Shown piece by piece: positions 58,507-64,000 of a DNA stretch of 64,000 nucleotides. The first letter of the stretch is position 1, and each line of letters starts with the position of its first letter. The notes below the pieces were generated by a model. The model was not told the DNA's origin, did no database searches, and saw nothing but the letters and a program-made list of their open reading frames with translations. The translations under genes and the position numbers were made by a program. Origin of the DNA: Candidatus Sumerlaeota bacterium (GTDB lineage: Bacteria; Sumerlaeota; Sumerlaeia; Sumerlaeales; Sumerlaeaceae); contig JAPLSQ010000031.1 of NCBI GenBank assembly GCA_026398535.1, positions 4,165 to 68,164 of the forward strand, in the 5' to 3' direction.

Positions 58507-59532
58507 ATGAGTCAATTGCGGTTTTGCCTGATTGGCACGGGAAGGGCTGGTCTGGTGCATGCTTGGAATCTCGGGGCAAGAATCAAACGGGGTGAACTTG
58601 TCGCGTTATGCGATGCAAATCCGGAGGCGCTGACTAATGCGGCGAGGGAGTTGAACGTCACCCGGCTCTATAACGATTATCGCCAAGCGGTGCGCGATCC
58701 TGAAGTGGATGCGGTCATCATTGTGACGCCGACCTTCCTGCACTGCGAGATTGCCAGTGAAGCCGCCCGTAACAACAAGCATATTTTTCTCGAAAAGCCG
58801 ATGGCGATCACTGTCAAGGAATGCCGGACGATCATGGATGCCGTCAATCAAAACGGCGTCAAGTTGCAGATCGGCTTCATGAGACGATTTGACGAGGGAT
58901 TTCTTCAGGCGAAGGAAAAGCTCGAGTCTGGCCAGCTGGGGAGTATCACCACGATCAAGTCCACGGGACGCGGTCCCGGTCTGCCTCCGTCTTGGAGCCA
59001 TGACATATCGAAAAGCAACGGTCTGCTTGCCGAGGTCAACAGCCACGATTTCGATTCTGTGCGCTGGCTCGTGGGCGCCGATCTTAAACGCGTTTATGCC
59101 GAAGCGGATAACTACAAATGCGCTGATCTGCAAAACCAATACCCTGATTTCTACGACAATGTGCTTGTGAATCTGCGGTTCAAAAACGGGGTGATCGGCT
59201 CCATCGACGGCGCCTGCCCTTGCGGTTATGGCTATGACGCGCGCACCGAGATACTCTGCACAGGCGGTGTGATCATGATCGGCAGCATTGAAAACGACGG
59301 TGTCTCCACGGTGACAATTGATGGGGGCGTCATCAGGAACGCCCATCGCAGTTGGCGCAACCGTTTCAAGGATGCCTACCTTGCGGAACTGGAACATTTC
59401 ATCGATTGTGTGCTTAACGACCGGACCCCGAGAGTTACGGGACTGGATGGCCTTCAGGCCGTGAACGCTGTTGTGGCGGCCAACCAATCCATACGGCTTG
59501 GCCAACCAGTCGTTTTGCCTGATGTGCAGTAA
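58507..59532 (+). CDS. Gfo/Idh/MocA-family NAD(P)-dependent oxidoreductase
   Basis: N-terminal Rossmann LRFCLIGTGRAGLVHAWNL; EKPMA motif (FLEKPMAITVKE) typical of this family. Confidence 0.85.
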   Translation: MSQLRFCLIGTGRAGLVHAWNLGARIKRGELVALCDANPEALTNAARELNVTRLYNDYRQAVRDPEVDAVIIVTPTFLHCEIASEAARNNKHIFLEKPMAITVKECRTIMDAVNQNGVKLQIGFMRRFDEGFLQAKEKLESGQLGSITTIKSTGRGPGLPPSWSHDISKSNGLLAEVNSHDFDSVRWLVGADLKRVYAEADNYKCADLQNQYPDFYDNVLVNLRFKNGVIGSIDGACPCGYGYDARTEILCTGGVIMIGSIENDGVSTVTIDGGVIRNAHRSWRNRFKDAYLAELEHFIDCVLNDRTPRVTGLDGLQAVNAVVAANQSIRLGQPVVLPDVQ

Positions 59533-59545
59533 AGGAACAACGTTC

Positions 59546-60592
59546 ATGATAGCAGCAACCATATCAAGCGATTGCGATTTCCGGGTAGAGGATGTTTCCG
59601 TTCCCGGTATTGCCGACAACGAAATACTGCTCAAGGTGCGGGCCGCATCGATCTGCGGCACTGACACCAAGATCATCAACAATGGCCACGGGAAACTGGC
59701 TCCGGGCCGGAAGATTATCCTCGGCCATGAATTCGTTGGCGTCATCGAACAATGCGGACGCGACATTGATTGTTTCAAAGTCGGTCAAAGGGTGGGTGTC
59801 GCGCCAAACATCGGTTGTGGGCAGTGTGAAGAGTGCATACGGGGGCTCGCCAACATGTGCCCACACTATTCCGCTTTTGGCATCGACATGGATGGCGGTC
59901 ACACGGAATTCGTGCGTATTCCTTCTGCCGCGATCATGCAGGGCAATGTCGTGGAACTGCCTGAGCATGTCAGTTTCGAGGAGGCGGCTCTCGCGGAACC
60001 TTTCTCATGCGTGCTGAATGGCCAGCGCGGACTGCGCATCGAAGCCGGCGACACTGTGCTTGTCTGCGGCGCCGGCCCGATTGGCATCATGCACATCATG
60101 CTGGCCGGTGTTTCGGGCGCCGCCAACATCATTGCCGCGGATATCAATGACGCACGCCTTGAGATGGCCCGAATGGCAGGCGCCAACATCACATGTAATT
60201 CCATGAAAGGGAATCTGCGCGACGTTGTGATGTCCCATACCAAAAACCGCGGGGCCAACGCCATCATCACCGCCTGCCCGGTTCCGGAAGCGCAGGAGCA
60301 GTCGCTGGAGATGGCAGCGCCATATGGGCGCATCTGCTTCTTTGGCGGTCTGAAAAAGGACAGCCCATTCATCAGGATCAATTCGAATCTCATTCATTAC
60401 CGCAATCTTGTCATTACCGGGTCAACGGGCGGTTCGCCTCATGATTATCGCCGCGCGCTGGCGCTGATCGCATCGGGGAGAATTTCGCCCCGAGCCGTCA
60501 TTTCGCAAACCTATGATATCAGCCAAATCGCTGACGCATACAAGGCGGCGCAAAATCCGAGCAACCTGAAAATTGTTCTATGCAACAATTGA
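59546..60592 (+). CDS. Zinc-binding medium-chain alcohol/polyol dehydrogenase (sorbitol/threonine dehydrogenase-like)
   Basis: Start at MIAATISS with SD AAAGGA, inside the longer track ORF 59471..60592; catalytic zinc motif ASICGTD…GHEFVG; structural zinc cysteines CGQCEEC…C; Rossmann VCGAGPIG. Confidence 0.85.
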   Translation: MIAATISSDCDFRVEDVSVPGIADNEILLKVRAASICGTDTKIINNGHGKLAPGRKIILGHEFVGVIEQCGRDIDCFKVGQRVGVAPNIGCGQCEECIRGLANMCPHYSAFGIDMDGGHTEFVRIPSAAIMQGNVVELPEHVSFEEAALAEPFSCVLNGQRGLRIEAGDTVLVCGAGPIGIMHIMLAGVSGAANIIAADINDARLEMARMAGANITCNSMKGNLRDVVMSHTKNRGANAIITACPVPEAQEQSLEMAAPYGRICFFGGLKKDSPFIRINSNLIHYRNLVITGSTGGSPHDYRRALALIASGRISPRAVISQTYDISQIADAYKAAQNPSNLKIVLCNN

Positions 60593-60623
60593 ACGACAGG
60601 AAATCAAACAAAGGCCACATGCC

Positions 60624-62144
60624 ATGTCTGACATGTTTCTGATCGGAATAGACATAGGGACCCAGGGTACGAAAGGCGTTCTTTTTACGGCGGCGGGTGT
60701 GTGTCTGGCTTCGGCTTTCTGCCCGTCCAGACTGTTCAAACCGTCGCAGGGTGTTGTCGAGGAAGATCCCGAGCGGCAATTGGATTCTGTCTGCCAAGTC
60801 ATCAGGCAATGTCTTCGGAAGGCAAAAGTTGATCCCGCTCATGTGGCGGCGCTTTCCATCGATGGGCAGATGGCCGGGGTCATAGGTATGCGGCAGGATG
60901 GGATGAATGCCACGCCTTATGATTCGTGGCTCGACACACGATGTGCGCCCTATATAAAGAAAATGCAGGCCAGCGCGGGTGAGGAAATTCTTCTCAAGAC
61001 CGGCTGTTCCCCAAGCTTCAACCACGGTCCCAGGATTCTCTGGTGGATGAACGAACGCAAAACGATTTTTAGGGAGATCAAATCGTTTGTCATGCCGGGA
61101 GCCTATGCCGCGATGAGGCTGTGCGGTCTTGACGCCTCTTCGGCATACATTGACAAGACATATCTGCACTTCACCGGATTTGCCGACAATCGCAACAGCA
61201 CATGGGATGAGGCGTTATGCCGGTTATTTGGCCTGGATTCCAGAAAACTCCCGCGGATTGCCAACTCACATGATGTTGTGGGCGAGATTGTGCCTTCCAT
61301 GGCGCGCCGATGCGGCCTGAAAGCTCATACCCCCGTCGTGGCGGGATGTGGCGATACTGCCGCAAGTTTTCTCTCCTGTGGGGCGACGATGAAAGGCATA
61401 TGTGTCGATGTGGCAGGCACAGCCTCTGTGTTTTCCGCCACGACGGACGAGTTCCGATCAGACACCTTCCATCAGACCATGGCATGCGGTCAATCGGCAA
61501 CACCGGGGCTGTGGCATCCCTATGCATATATCAATGGCGGGGGGATGGATGTGGAGTGGTTCCGTGAAGTGCTTGGCGGCAAAGTCAGGCAGTCGAAGGA
61601 ACAAGGAATCGACTTTGACCATCTCAACAAGCTTGCCGCCAATCTCCCGGCGCATGAATCGATTCCGCTATTCATTCCCCATCTTGGCGGACGGGTTTGT
61701 CCTCCGCAACCTGATCTCCAAGGCGCTTTTGTGGGCCTGAACTGGAGCCACAAGACAGCGCATCTGTACAAGGCGATTCTTGAGTCCGTCGCGCTTGAAT
61801 ACAAAGTCTACAGAAACGCTCTGGATGCGATGTATCCCGGTTTTCGCCCAAGGGAAATTCGCGTTACTGGCGGCGGCAGTCAGAGCGCGTTGTGGAATCA
61901 GATCAAGGCCGATGTTCTTCAAATACCCACGGTACAAGTCACTCACACTGAAGGCGCTCCGCTTGGCTCAGCCATTCTCGCCGGTTTTGGCGTCGGGATT
62001 TTCAACAACTTGACACAAATCACCAAGTCTTGGATCAAGCTCGGTAAAAGCCATAAACCATCCGGGAATATGGCCGCTCATTACCGGCGGCGTTTTGATG
62101 TGTATGATCATCTTCTTCGACAATTAGACTCGCTTGAGTTATAA
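60624..62144 (+). CDS. FGGY-family carbohydrate kinase (xylulokinase/ribulokinase-like)
   Basis: Start at MSDMFLIGIDIGTQGTKGVLF, inside the longer track ORF 60573..62144; FGGY N- and C-terminal actin-like domains (GCGDTAASF, VTGGGSQSALWNQIKADV). Confidence 0.85.
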   Translation: MSDMFLIGIDIGTQGTKGVLFTAAGVCLASAFCPSRLFKPSQGVVEEDPERQLDSVCQVIRQCLRKAKVDPAHVAALSIDGQMAGVIGMRQDGMNATPYDSWLDTRCAPYIKKMQASAGEEILLKTGCSPSFNHGPRILWWMNERKTIFREIKSFVMPGAYAAMRLCGLDASSAYIDKTYLHFTGFADNRNSTWDEALCRLFGLDSRKLPRIANSHDVVGEIVPSMARRCGLKAHTPVVAGCGDTAASFLSCGATMKGICVDVAGTASVFSATTDEFRSDTFHQTMACGQSATPGLWHPYAYINGGGMDVEWFREVLGGKVRQSKEQGIDFDHLNKLAANLPAHESIPLFIPHLGGRVCPPQPDLQGAFVGLNWSHKTAHLYKAILESVALEYKVYRNALDAMYPGFRPREIRVTGGGSQSALWNQIKADVLQIPTVQVTHTEGAPLGSAILAGFGVGIFNNLTQITKSWIKLGKSHKPSGNMAAHYRRRFDVYDHLLRQLDSLEL

Positions 62145-62156
62145 CAGGGAGGTTCC

Positions 62157-63137
62157 ATGAGCACCAACATCCTCGAAACCAACGCCGGATCAAATATCTA
62201 TCCGCCAGCCAAGGCGCCCACGATTTACTTCATTGGTGTGACAACAGGAAAATCATCCATTATGAGGGTCTTTCCTGAATGGGCAGCCTATCTTGGCCTG
62301 AAGGATGCCGTCATCAAGGGCGTTGATTTCAAACCACATGACGAACCGGCGGGATACCGTGTGATCGTTGAGCATATCAAGGCTGACGAACTCTCACTCG
62401 GCGCGCTTGTCACAACCCACAAGATTGACCTTCTCAAGGCATGCCGTGATATGTTCGACGTTCTCGATCCGCATGCGCAACTCACGGGTGAGATCAGTTG
62501 CATCTCAAAACGTTTTGGAAAGCTTATTGGTCATGCGAAGGATCCCATCACCAGCGGGTTTGCGCTGGATGCTTTCCTGCCCTTGAACTATTGGGAAAAA
62601 ACGGGCGCCGACATGTTTGTCATTGGCGCCGGCGGCTCCACGACCGCTCTAACCTGCCATCTGATCGGGAAGGATATGAACGGCGGCGTGCCCGGAAAGA
62701 TCTATATCTCCAACCGCAGTCTGCCACGATTGCAGGAGCTTGAAAGTCTTCACAACAAAATTCCTCACAAGATCGAATTCGAGTATCACCACGCACCGAG
62801 ACCCGATCAGAACGATGCCATCATGGCCAGACTCAAACCATACTCGCTCGTCATCAACGCCACCGGGCTGGGCAAGGATGCGCCCGGTTCGCCGCTCACT
62901 GGCAACTCGCTGTTTCCGATGAACGGCATCGCGTGGGATTTCAATTATCGCGGCGACCTCGTTTTTATTGATCAGGCGCAAGCGCAACAGGCGTCGCGCA
63001 ATCTCACCATTAAGGATGGCTGGATATACTTCATCCATGGATGGACGCGCGTTGTGGCCGAAGTCTTCAACATCGATATTCCGGTCAAAGGCCCGCGCTT
63101 CAACGATTTGTCTGAAATAGCCAAAAATGGGAGATAG
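62157..63137 (+). CDS. Shikimate/quinate 5-dehydrogenase-family-like protein
   Basis: N-terminal substrate-binding-like region (IGVTTGKSSIMRVFPEWAAYLGL…GALVTTHK) followed by a Rossmann (FVIGAGGSTTA). Family assignment by eye only. Confidence 0.5.
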   Translation: MSTNILETNAGSNIYPPAKAPTIYFIGVTTGKSSIMRVFPEWAAYLGLKDAVIKGVDFKPHDEPAGYRVIVEHIKADELSLGALVTTHKIDLLKACRDMFDVLDPHAQLTGEISCISKRFGKLIGHAKDPITSGFALDAFLPLNYWEKTGADMFVIGAGGSTTALTCHLIGKDMNGGVPGKIYISNRSLPRLQELESLHNKIPHKIEFEYHHAPRPDQNDAIMARLKPYSLVINATGLGKDAPGSPLTGNSLFPMNGIAWDFNYRGDLVFIDQAQAQQASRNLTIKDGWIYFIHGWTRVVAEVFNIDIPVKGPRFNDLSEIAKNGR

Positions 63138-63155
63138 GGAAGGAGACAATCATAG

Positions 63156-63722
63156 ATGATGGAAAATCCCGCACTCTGCATGCCGTTCGGCGTGGATATC
63201 GACCTTATCAAAGGCGCGATGGGCGATCCCGACAGGGTGATCGTCCGCAAAGCTTCGAACATGATAGGCATGTATGCGGATGAAGCCGCACTGTCACGCT
63301 TGATCGAACATGGCGATCCTGTGCACTACGAAGTTTTTGAGAAAGCGATTCCCGATGTGGAGGGTCACCTGATCATATGTATCAGCAAACTTTATCCGGG
63401 AAAAGTGGGCGAAGAATACTACATGACCAAAGGGCATTACCATATGGTTGCCGGCACGGCCGAAATTTACCTGGGTGTCGCAGGTCAGGGATTCATGCTA
63501 ATGAAAACCTCAGACGGTAAGTGTGTTGCCGAACCCATCAGGCATGGGCGGATGGTCTATGTGCCCCCTTACTGGGCGCACCGTTCCATCAATACTGACG
63601 ATGTTCCTCTGGTTTCCTTCTGCGTCTATCCCGGCGGAGCCGGCCATAATTATGGCGACATTGAGAAGGAAGGCTTTCCGAAACGCATTTTCAATAAACA
63701 TGGAGTTCCTGTCACCCAGTGA
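63156..63722 (+). CDS. Cupin-type (archaeal-type) glucose-6-phosphate isomerase
   Basis: Near-collinear match to the Pyrococcus-type cupin PGI: PFGVDID, YPGKVGEEYYMTKGHYH, VYVPPYWAHRSIN, YPGGAGHNYGDIEKEGF. 188 aa; SD AGGAGA upstream. Confidence 0.85.
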   Translation: MMENPALCMPFGVDIDLIKGAMGDPDRVIVRKASNMIGMYADEAALSRLIEHGDPVHYEVFEKAIPDVEGHLIICISKLYPGKVGEEYYMTKGHYHMVAGTAEIYLGVAGQGFMLMKTSDGKCVAEPIRHGRMVYVPPYWAHRSINTDDVPLVSFCVYPGGAGHNYGDIEKEGFPKRIFNKHGVPVTQ

Positions 63723-63733
63723 TTGCAGCCGGC

Positions 63734-64000
63734 CATGAATAAGATACTCATCACACCCCGCTCGCTGACAAAGGCAGGTCATCCAGCGCTGAAACGGCTA
63801 AATGAGGCCGGATTCGGCCTTGTCTTTTGTTCACCGGGCCAGAGCCCGGGCGTTCAGGAACTAACGGGACTGATACCAGGTTGCGCGGGATGGCTTGCCG
63901 GGGTCGAGACTATTCCATCCGCTGTATTTGACGCGGCTGATTGTCTGAGAGTGATCAGCCGCAATGGCACGGGGATTGACAACATCGACCTCGCCGCTGC
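63734..64000 (+). CDS. D-isomer-specific 2-hydroxyacid dehydrogenase family protein (partial; continues off the window)
   Basis: MNKILITPRSLTK…VISRNGTGIDNIDLAA is typical of the N-terminal catalytic domain of PGDH-like 2-hydroxyacid dehydrogenases. Confidence 0.7.

Overview
This 64 kb chromosomal segment is GC-rich and densely coding. It is almost entirely carbohydrate-catabolic, with a few housekeeping genes (eno, priA, comM-like, tRNA-Leu) in between. A type-IV-pilin-like protein with an N-terminal cleavage/methylation motif (RGFTLIELLIVVAIIAILAAIA), secreted beta-helix proteins and very large glycoside hydrolases suggest a PVC-superphylum-like (Verrucomicrobia/Lentisphaerae-type) bacterium. 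No taxonomy can be proven from sequence alone.

There are three long operon-like blocks:
- **Block 1 (1.6–15.7 kb, minus strand):** rhamnulokinase, then two tandem secreted ~900–950 aa paralogs of an unrecognised family, a URO-D-family protein, and an Opp/Dpp-type (family-5 binding protein) ABC importer.
- **Block 2 (26.5–34.2 kb, plus strand):** Fe-alcohol dehydrogenase (lactaldehyde-reductase-like), a LarA-like racemase, an aldehyde dehydrogenase and an 1198 aa secreted protein of unknown function. An AraR-like regulator is transcribed divergently from it.
- **Block 3 (40.9–58.2 kb, minus strand):** two sets of sugar ABC binding-protein/permease genes with no ATPase, an SDR, a third and cytoplasmic member of the ~900 aa paralog family, a giant GH2 with a LamG domain, and two co-transcribed hypothetical proteins of ~700 aa.

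Other elements:
- A second giant GH2 (beta-mannosidase-like, with a discoidin domain) at 21.1–24.8 kb, and two URO-D-family proteins.
- A right-handed beta-helix secreted protein.
- A plus-strand sugar/polyol operon (58.5–64 kb): Gfo/Idh/MocA, Zn-ADH, FGGY kinase, shikimate-DH-like, an archaeal-type cupin phosphoglucose isomerase, and a 2-hydroxyacid dehydrogenase.

No CRISPR array, transposase, integrase or phage genes were seen. The most interesting content is the three-member paralog family of large uncharacterised proteins wired into rhamnose and oligosaccharide-import operons, together with several unusual enzyme associations (LarA-like, URO-D-like, cupin PGI).
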